A stretch of DNA of 64,000 bases. Source: Antedon mediterranea (lineage: Eukaryota; Animalia; Echinodermata). Of the stretch, positions 1-12,163 are shown piece by piece. The translations under genes were made by a program, and so were the position numbers. Each line of letters begins with the position of its first letter. Position 1 is the first letter of the stretch. Below the pieces are notes generated by a model. That model did no database searches. It saw nothing but the letters and a program-made list of their open reading frames with translations, and had not been told where the DNA came from. Location of the stretch: contig NC_092674.1 in the NCBI RefSeq assembly GCF_964355755.1, positions 13,578,001 to 13,642,000 on the forward strand, read 5' to 3'.

Positions 1-900
1 TTGTATCGTTGGATAGATTTAAACTATAAAATTATTTTAACAATAATATTGTTTGTACATTATACGTATGCTGTAGTAATTTTTTGTTTGTCATTGAAAG
101 TAATGGTAAATGTATAATTTGTATAGTGTCCCATATCGTTTATGAACGGGTTATAATTTTAAATCTGTTCTGGTTCGCTATGTGTAAAAGTGAAGATCAA
201 AATAATTAAAATGGTAGAATTAATCGTGATCTTTGAAATTATAATCATGAATATTGTCTCAATGTTAATATTTAAAGTAATCCTTTCTTTACTTTATATG
301 TCGTTTGACGCAAGCCTAAATAATATGAAAGCAATCTTTAGACAATAAATATATAATCCAAATGTGGATATTGGTATATTTATGAATAATTAAATGACTT
401 TCTCTCTGGGCTTCCGATTTAAGTGAAGTAGACATTATTTATTATGACCTACATTAGTAACGTTCGACCGCTATTTTTATTGAAGATAATCATGTTCCTT
501 TATTAAAAAGTGCTCCTAATCACCATCCATAACATCGTTGATAGAGAACCAGATGTAAATAGCAGACGCTTCAGATCCGACGACGAGGAACTCAAACCAT
601 CAACAGAGACGAAGGCGCCCACCAGTCACGTGAATGAACCTGTCATTTCTTCTGAAGGATCTGTCTGAGCAGGACAGTGAAACTGCAAAAAGCAGGTTAG
701 TTTAACTATTTTTTTGTTCGAAAAGAATTAATAATTCACATGCCGTATCGTTACAAAATCTCAGCGAAGCCATAGTAATTATTTCAAAAATCTGAAAAGA
801 GGCCTAGAAATCAGATAGGGGAAGTGGAATGTTACGGGTAGTGAATATAGCCATTATATCGTATTAATCCATTCTGATCACTCTTAAGACTTTTTGACAC
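1..900. repeat. Paralogous intron block (copies near 10724-11136, 18482-19050, 53746-54530)
   Basis: Co-linear near-identity, e.g. gttggatagatttaaactat and gactttctctctgggcttccga. Confidence 0.85.
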
Positions 901-3184
901 CTAATTGTTTACTATACCCCACTTCAAGTATTATTAAATTATAATAATTATGACCTATCCACGTTCTATCACCATATTAAATAATTTGTCATTATGTTTA
1001 AAGAAAACATTAATCATGATGTTTTTAAAGTGTAATCAGTGCTACTAAGCGCCTTTGATGTTTACATTGGTAGTTAACTACTGCAATACAAATAACTACT
1101 TATCAATATAAGTGTATGCAAGTTACTTTTTGGTAACTTAAAATTAATTGTCATAAACAGGTTGTTAAATGATACTGGTATGTACTTTTGTTTCTAATTT
1201 ATCCAAAACAATATTATTTAAATTATAAACTTTTAATATTAAATCATTGGACAGTTTGTGTGATATGTGTAATGTACTTCCTAATTAAAAAAAGTATGAA
1301 AGCAAACATAACAACAGACAATGATACTAGTTTCCCGAATAATTGTTGAATTAAACTAAAATTTGAACTCAACCATCACCGTGATGATATCGGGATATCC
1401 GCGTTAAGCACACAGTGTAACTAACATCTTGAAATACACTCATACTCTATAAACTGAAAACATGTATAGTGCTGAATTATGTCTATTATGTGTCATATGG
1501 TACAGTAATAAGTGCGAATAACCAATAAAGTAGTGGGGTTTTTTTTCGTAAAGAAAACAATTCATTTAATTTGATATTTTTCTTGATAGTATAGGCCTAA
1601 TATTCAATTGTTTGGTGTATATCACTGTTATAAGGTAAGCACAACTGTGACATATATTGTCTATAAACGTCTATAAATTTCAAGTCCTTTATTGTCTGAC
1701 TTCGTTTTGAATGAAGTTATAGGCCTTCAAATTCAAATGTCAAATGAATACTAATATTGGTATCCTTTCTACATGATCTCAAGCTCTTCCGCTAGTCACC
1801 TAATCCACCAAAAATATTGGTATGCATACAGAGAGTCATGTCAGGAATAAACAATGTAAGTCGCTTATTACGAAGATGGACCTATTTCATTATGTAACTG
1901 CTGTTGTCACTATGATGTTATTACGTACATAATTTGTATAATTAATGTTTATCTATTGTGTAATCAGTTATGTTTTCTGATTGAACTTAACTGATTGTCA
2001 GAAACCTTAATGTGTTAATATTTACATAAACAATGGTACGAAGACGTAAACTTACTGTGAGCTTCTGCATTTAATATATACTATTAAGAGGCTAATTATG
2101 CCTATTTCAAATAACAGTTCGGAATAGTTGGATTTTGTTGCTTATGTTCGAAATTGTCTTTTATTTCAAACTCACAAAAACGGGCAATGAAAATTTCGTT
2201 ATTAAAAACATTATTTAAAGCTTATTCAGTATAGTTAAATTATTCAATTATTCATTTATTTATATGTGTTGTTATATTTTTTTTTCTTTTTACTTGGTTA
2301 GATAAAACATGTTAGTGATAAAATGCTAATATTCTAGTTAACATTCTTCATTTAATGATATTCCCACAAATTGCACTGTTTATGTATACTTAAATAGGAC
2401 GGTAGCTCTTTTCGTATATTTGTTGCTGTTAGGATAATAAATATTTCACTTCACAAACTTTCAAAAAATAGTGTTACACAACAATGATAAAGCAAATATT
2501 CAATTCACAGGAATTCAGTAGATTATTGTTTTATATTATTGTAATGCGATGTTTTCTTCATTTTTACTATTAGTAATGCCAATTATTATCCTATTGGAAA
2601 GGGTTTAGTCGAGTCAACTTTAGATCTGCAAGTGACAGAGAAGCTTTTCGCTTGTCCGATGTCAGTTGGTGATTGAACCTGAGTTAAAAGTTTTTAATAA
2701 AGCATTTATTAGATTTTGGTAGTACTTTACGTCACCCTTCATAGGTATTAAATGTGATTTTAATATGCATTTTCGACTTACAGTATATTCAATAATTATT
2801 TCATTCTTGTGTTTGATTTGTTTAGTCTGTAAATCAACAATGTAATTATTATTACTCTGAAAGGTTCTTACGTGACAAGATTTTTTATCTTCTAGTATTG
2901 ATCCTATTATGGTTTCTTTATATCAATTCTATTTTTATCTTTTTACTATTTGTTTGTTATACTGAGCCATTTATGAAATACATGTTGTTGAATTAAATTG
3001 ATTTGAATGAATATTATTATGAATAGTTTGTCTTGAATGAAGTTTAATTTAATTTGAATTGCATGTTTATTGTATTAACATTTGTCTGTAATTGCAGTAT
3101 TACTTTGTTTAAAATGAATCTTACAGAAACAATCGTAATTCTTACTAGTAGTAGGCCTAGTATTGTCGTGGATGCCATTCCATT

Positions 3185-4177
3185 TTAAATAGCTGATAAT
3201 CAAAGATGTGCGTGCGTGCAAATTAACAATAGAAATTAATATTTATTTACTAAAGCTAACATTATGTTTTCTATTCGAAAAACGTTGTTGTTATGGAACA
3301 CAGAAAGTGATTGGTGTAACTTCACACTAACGATATATTGAAACATTATATTAATTAGTCTCCTTTACATAGACCTTGGTCATATGCGATGATTTGAAAT
3401 TCAGATAATTTTAGTATTGATATTATGTTACTGAGGTGTAGTAGTCTGCTACATGCAATGTGGATTGTTAAACATTTTAATTTATTGATGATACAAAGTA
3501 CATTGTTATTGTAATCGAATTAGTCATGATATACGATGAATTTAAATCAGTGTTTGCATAATGTTATGAGGTAGGCCTATAGTGGTATTATATTATTATT
3601 GTAACCGAATTAACATTTTTAATGTTTTATAGAATACAAATACTGGTACGTAATGTCCGACACTCCACACTAAACATGGCCATGCATTTAATACTAAACA
3701 TTGTATTACATTACATGTCAGAATTTTATGATTTACTTTGTATCGAAACTATACTGAATGACCAAAAGAAGACAGACTTTTGTCAAATCATATCCTTTTT
3801 TGTATCGTTTGATAGTTTAGACCCAAACCTAAATAATATGAAAGCAATATTTAGAAAATAAATATTATATATCTATTAACTGAATGTGGATATTGGTATA
3901 ATATGAATAATTAAATAACTTTCTCTCTGGGCTTCCGAAATAAGTGAAGTAGACATTATTTTATTATGACCTACATTAGTAACATTCTACCGCTATTTGT
4001 ATTGAAGATAATCATGTAACTACTAATTACCAGCTGCAAACAAACGCAGCGCATCAGAGGCCATTTGGATCCGACGAAGAGGAACCCAAACCATCAACAG
4101 AGACGAAGGCGCCCATCAGACACGTGAATGAACCTGTCATTTCTTCTGAAGGATCAGTCCGAGCAGGACAGCGAAAC
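3185..4177. repeat. Paralogous intron block, near-identical to 13360-14063 plus 18482-18760 (empty site of the Gypsy insertion)
   Basis: aaatagctgataatcaaagatgtgcg through gagcaggacagcgaaa shared; gaatgtggatattggtataatatgaat is uninterrupted here. Confidence 0.88.
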
Positions 4178-5232
4178 TCTATAATTCTTAAAATCCGTTT
4201 TATGTATGGGAACGATGTTGGCCTGTTTCCAGGCTGATAGAGCTTCTCTAGACAAACTAAAATTGTATAGATCAGACATAATTGGTCACAGGCTGTAAGC
4301 ACATAATCTCAGTATCATATACCAGTAACGCCATCAGACCCAGAAGCTTTGTGTGTAGGCGTTTTAAATATTTTATTTAATATCCGATCAGGATGAATAT
4401 ACAGATCCGCAAGTTTAGGAAAATCTAGACATGGCGACGTGATTTCGTTCGTATTACCATTTTGATCAGTATCGTACGATGCAAACAACGAGTTGAATCC
4501 CTAAGATTTTAATAGGGTCATTACAAACCGAATCATTTAAAAGACAAGTTGTCTACACAGGTTTTCTTTGACTTAATAAAAGACCAAAACTGTTTTAAGT
4601 TATCAGATTTGTTCATTAGATTATACAACGATCGGCTATAAGAACATTCAATTGAATATTTTATTTTATTTCGTAGGCTATTCTCTTGACCGCCCAGTCA
4701 TATCAGCCTTTCCAGTTTGCTTCTGGTCTTTAGTGATTCATGACCTCAATTGACGTTTCCCTCCTATATTATTATACGTTTCATGTAACACATTATCAAT
4801 TCCTTTAACTTTTAAAATTATATTCCTATGATGGATGTGGACAGTGGACATAATCAATGATAAATGTCATTTCGCGTATTATCATATTCATTCTCGGTAA
4901 CAGTGGGTTCAGTTCTGTGGTGGGTCAAATCGCATACAATAAACATTTAATTGCCGGATGGACAAACATTGTAGTTTTATTTTTCCCTGTCCATACCTAT
5001 ATTTTTTTTATTTTTTTTTATTCAGTTGACAACAATTCTCCATCGAAAAACAACAATTTAACTTACTATCAATCAAAACTCCCAAATCCCTTTGAAAATT
5101 AACATAATCTAATTCCTGATCATTTAACTTATATTTGGTTAAAATAGGCTTTCGCTGATTATACTATGCACAAGAAAAACCCGTCGTGTTATTTTAACAT
5201 TCTTACTACATCAAGACATAACTGAGATTTCA

Positions 5233-8138
5233 CAATCAATCAATCAAAGTAACATTTATTTCTCTTGTCTTTCATAGAAAATAAAAATTAACAGTAAAAA
5301 TTATTAAAATAAGAGGGGCAACATTCCTAAAAAGCAAAGCTTGTATAAGGCAGCCCATAGAAAAATGAAAAAAAAAACAGGACAACACGGAAACCGGAAA
5401 CAGGACAAAAACAGTAATGAAGACTTTTAGATTCAGGGTACCGAAAAGACTAAATATCAAAACTACAATGAGTGAAAGGATAATTAAACATAACTAGATA
5501 AGAGGTGCCGTTTCAATTTAAAAGAAAAACTCTTCTTAGACAAAGCACTTTTTATATTAACTGGTACGTTATCCCAAAGTTTAGGACCAGTGAACTTAAT
5601 GCTATGTTTAAAAGAAGTAGTTTTAAAAAAAGGAATACGTATTTGATTTGCGCTCCGAGTACTGTGGTTATGAAAATTAAGATTGAAACTAAATAAATCA
5701 TTAAAGTGTGATGGCAGGATCGAGTTTAGCCATGAATAGAGGAAAACACTTTGTTGAAGATGGTTAATATCCTGAATTTTAAGAAGACCAAATGAAGAAA
5801 ATAAAGGATTGGAATGGGATAAAGGAGGAGCATTTGCTATGTATCTTACGGTTTTCTTTTGGATCAATAACAGTTTGTTTAAGTAGGACGGGTATGTATT
5901 ACCCCAAATAATATTACAGTAAGAGAGGTAAGGGAGGATTAGTGAACAGTAAAGAATCCGGAGTATGTTTTGAGGGATGAAAGATGATAATCTATATATG
6001 ATACCAGAACTTTTGGATATTTTGTTTTCGACTTGAGTAATCTGATGTTTCCAATTTAGCTTACAGTCCAGATAAACACCAAGAAATTTAGTTTTCTCAA
6101 CAATAGGTATTAATTGATCTTTAATTTTTAGTTTAAAAGTACTAGTATTTAGTGGTATTTGTGAATTTTTGAACACCATACAACAGCACTTTTTTAGATT
6201 AACAGAAAGTTTGTTTGCAGAAAAGTATGTTAAAATTTTGGGTAGATTTTCGGTTGATATTTTAAAAAGGGAATCTATATTTTTATCAGTGTAAATAAGG
6301 GTTGTGTCATCAGCATACAGCAGAAAAGAAAACATATTTGAGGCATTATGGATATCATTTATGTATAATAAAAATAATAGAGGCCCAAGCAGGGAACCTT
6401 GAGGGACTCCACAAATAATAGGAAGAAAATCAGAAAGGGTGTGTTTAAATTTAGTGCATTGCTTGCGGTTTGAAAGGTAGCTTTTGAATAAATTATATAC
6501 AGGGCCACGGATTCCATAAGTATGTAACTTATATAATAAAATATCGTGATCAATTGTATCAAAGGCCTTCGAGAGGTCAATGAAAATACCAATGGCAAAT
6601 TCACCCCTCTCGAAAGCCCCAACAATTTCATTTGTTAATTGAAGAAGTGCGGTGGATGTATTATAGTTCTTACGAAAGCCAAATTGTTTATTGTAAAGTA
6701 TACTATTTTTTTGAAGATAATTGTATGTTCGATCATAAATAAGGCGTTCAAGTATTTTGGAAAAGATCGGTAGCACTGATATAGGACGGTAATTACTGGA
6801 ATCAGATTTGTCACCAGTTTTAAAAATAGGAGTTACTTTAGCTAGTTTAAGGGTGTCAGGAAAGGTGCCATTTACAAAACAAAGATTGAAAATGTAGCAG
6901 AGGGGTTCGGAAATAAAAGGGATAAGTTGTTTAATAATAGACGGGTTAATATCATCAATGCCAGGTGCTTTACTATTTTTGAGGCGCATAACAATATCCA
7001 TAATCTCAAAAGCAGTCACAGGATTGAGAAATAAAGAATTTATGGATGGCGGAGGGAGGTAATCTTTAAAATTTGCATTAGATGTGTCTATATTTTTGGC
7101 GAGAGTAGGTCCAATATTAACAAAAAAATTATTTAAATGATTTGAAATTATGTTGGGATCATTCGTTAAGTTTCCTTCGCAATTTATAGTGGACTCTTCG
7201 AAATGCTTACTTTCATTCGTTTTTATGAGACTATTTATAATTGTCCATGTTCCTTTGATATTATCTTTCTGCTGCTTAAACTTTTTTTCATAATAATCGC
7301 GTTTTGTTAATTTTATTAAAGAGTTAAGGGAGTTACGGAATTGCTTATATTCATTTATGTTTTTGTCATTCGGATAGCGGAGGGATTTGGAATACAGTTT
7401 TTGTTTATGCTTTATTGAATTTAAGAGTTCATCCGTCATCCAGGTCTTTATTTTTTTTTTCCCTGCAGACTGCTCTTGAATTGGAAAATGTTTATCATAC
7501 AGTCGTTTGAATTCAGTTTCAAATGAAAGTAAAGCAATATTAGGATCATCCGTACCATAAACACCAGTCCAATTCATGTTAGACAAATCGTTGTTTATGT
7601 TTGAAATATTTGTTTCGTTAAATTTTCTGTAGGTATGATTAGGGCTTACATAGTTTTTGGGACGGTTTGGTATATTTGATAAGGGTGTAATGTTAAAAAT
7701 GGGCAAATGATCACTAATGTCACTATAGAAAAGTCCAGATAGACTTGATGATTCAATTTGATTAGATAATATGTTGTCAATTAATGTTGCTGATGTTCGG
7801 GTAATACGAGTTGGTCTATTGATTAAGGGTAAAAGGAAATTACTAAAGACAGAGTTAACAAAATTGTTGGATTGATTATCGGACTGATGTTTAAGTAGGT
7901 CAATGTTAAAATCACCTAATAAGTAAATTTTTTTGTTGGTTTTTGCTAGATTATTTAACAGGAGATCAAAAGCGTCAATAAAAGCATTCGTATCAAGAGA
8001 TGGTGCCCTATAGATTACACCAACAATAATGTTTTGATTGGATTCAAGTTCAAGTTCAATAAAAAGGGAGTCGCATAGGGAGGGGTCTAGGAAAAGATCC
8101 GTTCTCTCTTTGAACACATTGTTATTTCGAACATTTTT
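5233..8138 (-). mobile_element. 5'-truncated Crack/CR1/L2-group LINE
   Basis: ORF2 with partial APE endonuclease (LGDFN, SDHLP) and RT (NYRPIS, GVPQGS, YADD); 3' UTR, AATAAA at 5255-5260 and (TTGA)n tail; host paralog sequence gtgtgacatcagttgtt resumes at about 8139. Confidence 0.92.
5484..8138 (-). CDS. LINE ORF2 (endonuclease/reverse transcriptase), uninterrupted but lacking its N-terminus
   Basis: 891-aa ORF in track; its first few codons come from host intron sequence. Confidence 0.85.
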   Translation of the reverse strand, partial: KNVRNNNVFKERTDLFLDPSLCDSLFIELELESNQNIIVGVIYRAPSLDTNAFIDAFDLLLNNLAKTNKKIYLLGDFNIDLLKHQSDNQSNNFVNSVFSNFLLPLINRPTRITRTSATLIDNILSNQIESSSLSGLFYSDISDHLPIFNITPLSNIPNRPKNYVSPNHTYRKFNETNISNINNDLSNMNWTGVYGTDDPNIALLSFETEFKRLYDKHFPIQEQSAGKKKIKTWMTDELLNSIKHKQKLYSKSLRYPNDKNINEYKQFRNSLNSLIKLTKRDYYEKKFKQQKDNIKGTWTIINSLIKTNESKHFEESTINCEGNLTNDPNIISNHLNNFFVNIGPTLAKNIDTSNANFKDYLPPPSINSLFLNPVTAFEIMDIVMRLKNSKAPGIDDINPSIIKQLIPFISEPLCYIFNLCFVNGTFPDTLKLAKVTPIFKTGDKSDSSNYRPISVLPIFSKILERLIYDRTYNYLQKNSILYNKQFGFRKNYNTSTALLQLTNEIVGAFERGEFAIGIFIDLSKAFDTIDHDILLYKLHTYGIRGPVYNLFKSYLSNRKQCTKFKHTLSDFLPIICGVPQGSLLGPLLFLLYINDIHNASNMFSFLLYADDTTLIYTDKNIDSLFKISTENLPKILTYFSANKLSVNLKKCCCMVFKNSQIPLNTSTFKLKIKDQLIPIVEKTKFLGVYLDCKLNWKHQITQVENKISKSSGIIYRLSSFIPQNILRILYCSLILPYLSYCNIIWGNTYPSYLNKLLLIQKKTVRYIANAPPLSHSNPLFSSFGLLKIQDINHLQQSVFLYSWLNSILPSHFNDLFSFNLNFHNHSTRSANQIRIPFFKTTSFKHSIKFTGPKLWDNVPVNIKSALSKKSFSFKLKRHLLSSYV

Positions 8139-8421
8139 GTGTGACATCAGTTGTTCCAAAACCTTGATTAATCTGACTTTACAATGTCAAGATTAACCTT
8201 GACGAGGCAGCGGTGTTCCGAACCATGTGAGGGGTACAACCGTGCAGTTCTCAACAATTTAGTCATCCTCGCAAAACAAAATGATCTGTAATATGACCCG
8301 CGATGTTGTTGCTTCATTTAGGTATGTTATTACTGGCACGCCCTTTAAATTGTAAAATTAAACACTCTTTTAATCACACTTAATTATTTAGTAATATTAT
8401 TATTAATTTTGTAACACTTAC

Positions 8422-8520
8422 TTTCTCATAAAGATCCAATTTAGCACCTGCCTTGAGCAAAATAGTGCAAACATCTGTGTGACCGTTTTGTGCAGCCACA
8501 TATAAAGGTGACATTCCATC
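8422..8520 (-). CDS. Ankyrin-repeat exon E5: DGMSPLYVAAQNGHTDVCTILLKAGAKLDLYEK
   Basis: 99 bp, canonical splice sites; lies within ORF 8380..8595. Confidence 0.92.
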
Positions 8521-11136
8521 CTGAAATATTACAAACATTATGTTATAGTATTTTCTCTCTCTAAACAAAGAATTATAATATTGTCCTAAAATCAATACGA
8601 TGTGATCAATTAAAAATGACGTTATAGATTTAAATAATGCTACATTGTTAAATTTAATAAAGAGTATTAAGCCTTTTCTTTAAGATAATGTATTGTATAC
8701 GTATACATTTTTCTTTCTTGTATAACAATGTTTTATAGTGCTTTATAAATGTATAAAACAATTATAAATAAGTGTGTTTTTTTGCCTGAAAAGTAAACAC
8801 TTCATCCGGTATTGCTAACTAGTCCGAGTGTAAATTATGATAAAGTGACCTTTGAACTGGCAGTTACAGTTTAAAATATATCTAGGCTCCAAATTCTGTT
8901 CAGGTAACACATTTTGACTGCTAAATTCTTACTATTGGTTTAATGTTACCGTTACTCTTGGAGGAGATATATGTCTTTTTTAAATGTTTTATAAAATCAA
9001 ATAGTGTCCCATATCGTATCTTTATATCCATTTATTGTATCATTTTGCATAAAATACAGTGTTGCTCTACAGCACAATACAATGCAAAAACAAAAAACTG
9101 AAAAAAACACGACACGTCATTCTCTAACATCCAGTGCCCTAAAGGCATATGGTATTACAATGATGACGGAATCTATTACGAGAGGTGATGGACCTTTTCT
9201 TTGAACGTCAAGATAGTGCATTGGATATGTTGGGTCTTGCAAAATTGAAAGTGTTTTCTCAGTAAAGTCTCTTATAAAAATGAATCAAATTGAGATCTGC
9301 TTAATTATAAGTACTGTAGTCCTATACGTGAAGCATAACTAAACATACGTTCCAGCTAATTCTTACATGTGGTCCGGGTAAACTATAAAACAATGAATAA
9401 TGAGAATTCTTTCAAGGACAGATTTATACAAAAACAAGACGTACATGCCTAATGGGAGGGTTAACTCCAAAATATTTGGATTTTTTACGCAAAGGTAAAG
9501 CCTATTTGATATTAGGTTATTTTTTTTTTCTGGGTTACTGTATGGGTTGAAAATACTGTATGAGTTGAAAATACTGTATGGGTTAAAAAAGGTCGTAAGA
9601 TGTTAGTTTATTAGTATAGAGTACTGCAAACCATAATAGTAGGTAACATTTGTAATTGAGGGCGTTTTATTTGACACGACAAAGCATGTGAACTCCCCAA
9701 AAACGTACCGTATCATAATGTAGTATATTTTAAATTTTGACTAAACATTGAAAGGTCTTTCTAACAGATTTTATTCTCGGGGTACTCGGATGTTGTACTT
9801 AATTATTGTTTTATTTATTGTAATCCGCCATGTTCTTTATATCTTTACATATAGATTGTATATTGCTTTTAATAAGCCGTGCGGAGGATTCAGGTATTTT
9901 CTCTTAGTATTAAAGGGTAACACCGCGGCTTTAAAATGTATATTACTTGTTATAAACTATAAACCTTTTAATCAACATTGGTAATAACCCTGCCTAATTT
10001 TAGACAGCACTCAGGCAAAAGCTAAGTAGCTTCTTTAATAAAAGAAGTTCTATAAGACAATACCACAGTACACGTGTGAAGTTGAACTAATTCGCCTTTA
10101 AAAATATCATAATTTAACTAAACTTTTTAAATATCTGATAATTAGAGCTGTGCGCGCGTGCAAATTAAATGTTTATTTACTAAAGCTAACATTATGTTTC
10201 CTATTCGAGAAACGATGTTGTTATAGGGACCACACTAAGTAGTTTGTGTAACTTCATACTAACGATATGTTGAAACATTATGTTAATTTTTTTTTCTTTT
10301 ACATAGACCTCATATGCGATGATTTGAAATTCAGATAATTTTAGTATTGATATTATGTTACTGAGGTGTAGTAGTATGCTACATACAATGTGGATTGTTG
10401 AACATTTTAATTTATTGATGATGAAAATTATATTATTATTGTAACCGAATTTGTCATGATATACGATGAATTTAAATCAGTTTTTGCATCATGTTATAGT
10501 AGTATTATATTTAATTGTAACTGAATTAACATTGTTAAAGTTTTATAGAATACTGGTAAAATACTGGTAAGTAATGTCCCACACTCCACACTAAACTTGG
10601 CCATGTATTTAGTACTGAACATTGTATTACATTGACAAGTCAGAATGTTATAATGTACTTGGTATGGAAACTATACTAAATGACCAAATAGTGACATACA
10701 CTTTTGTCAAATCATTTCCTGTTTTGAATCGTTGGATAGATTTAAACTATGAAAGTATTTTAACAATAATATTGTTTTTACATTATACGTATGATGTAGT
10801 AATTCTTTGTTTGTCAAGTAATGGTAAATGTATAATTTGTATAGTGTCCCATATCGTATCTTTATGAACGCGTTATAATTTGTATTCTGTTCTGGTTCAC
10901 TATGTGTAAAAGTGAAGATCAAAATAATTAAAATGTTTGACTTAATCGTGATGTTTAAAATTATAATCATGAATAAATTGTCTCAATGATAATATTTAGA
11001 GTAATATTTTCTTTATTTTATATGTCATTTGACCCAAGCCTAAATATGAAAGCATTCTTTAGAAAATAAATAGTAGGCCTACATAATCAGAATTTGGATA
11101 TTGGTATAATAGGAATAATTTAATGACTTTCTCTCT

Positions 11137-12163
11137 TTGAACTGTGGTCATAAATTGCCTATTCTAACAGCGGCGTGTGAAAATAAAGCGGGTATGCCTG
11201 TGTGGAAAGGTTTAGTAGACAATAATATTACCGAAGTTTTGCGTGACTCTGGGTGTAGTAGTGTCGTGGTGAAACGATCCTTTGTGAAATCGGAACAACT
11301 AGCGGGAGAATTTAGTACGTGTGTATTGATAGATGGAACTGTAAGGCGTTTTCCTATAGCTAATATTAATATTAATACTCCATTTTTGTCAGGACCGGTA
11401 AAGGCGAGTTGTATGGAAAACCCTGTGTTTGGATTAATTATTGGAAACGTTACAGGGGTAATGGATCCGAATGATCCTGAAGAAAATTGGGCCCTTAATA
11501 ACGGTAGAAGAAAAGAGAATAAAATGTCGTTAATCAATGATATCGAAAATGCAGAACCATCCGGTGCCATGATGACTAGAAGCCAGCACAATTCCGTGAG
11601 AAAACACCTTAAACAATTAAAAGTAGCTACTCCTATACCAATTGATGTGACTCATGAACGATTAATTGAAGACCAGTATAATGATTTTACATTGGGGAAA
11701 GTTAGAGATTTGGCCAAAAAGGGGAGATAAACAAATGACTAGAAATGGAAATTACTTTTAATACATATTTAGTGACGGAATTTCGTGGAGAGAGTTGTTG
11801 TCTCCTAAGGTGGAATTCGGTAATTTAGTAAGACAAGTAGTTGTTCCTAAAACTCTTAGAGGAGTAGTTTTGCAGTGGGCCCATGAATCTGTATTAGGTG
11901 GTCACCTCGGTGTTAAGAAAATCACTGACAACATTTTAACAATTTTTTTTGGCCTGGGTTGCAATCCGATGTAAGTAGATTTTGCCAGTTGTGCGACATA
12001 TGACAGCAAACCGTATCTAAAGGAAGGGTCCTTAAAGTACCATTGGGCAAAATACCTACAATCGAGGAACCGTTCGAAAGAGTAGGTGTAGATTTAGTAG
12101 GGCCAATTAAACCCATGACAAAAAGGGGACATCGATATATGTTGGTGTTGATAGATTATGCGA
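11137..12163 (+). mobile_element. Degenerate Gypsy fragment with protease directly followed by integrase (Gmr1-like order)
   Basis: LRDSGCSSVVV protease motif, then HESVLGGHLG, FFWPG, PFERVGVDLVGP and LVLIDYAT integrase motifs with stops and frameshifts; no RT between them; no LTRs seen. Confidence 0.78.

Noticed and set aside
4330-4735. Possible MITE bounded by cagacccagaagc / gcttctggtct
   Set aside because: Inverted match too short and imperfect; no TSD or empty site
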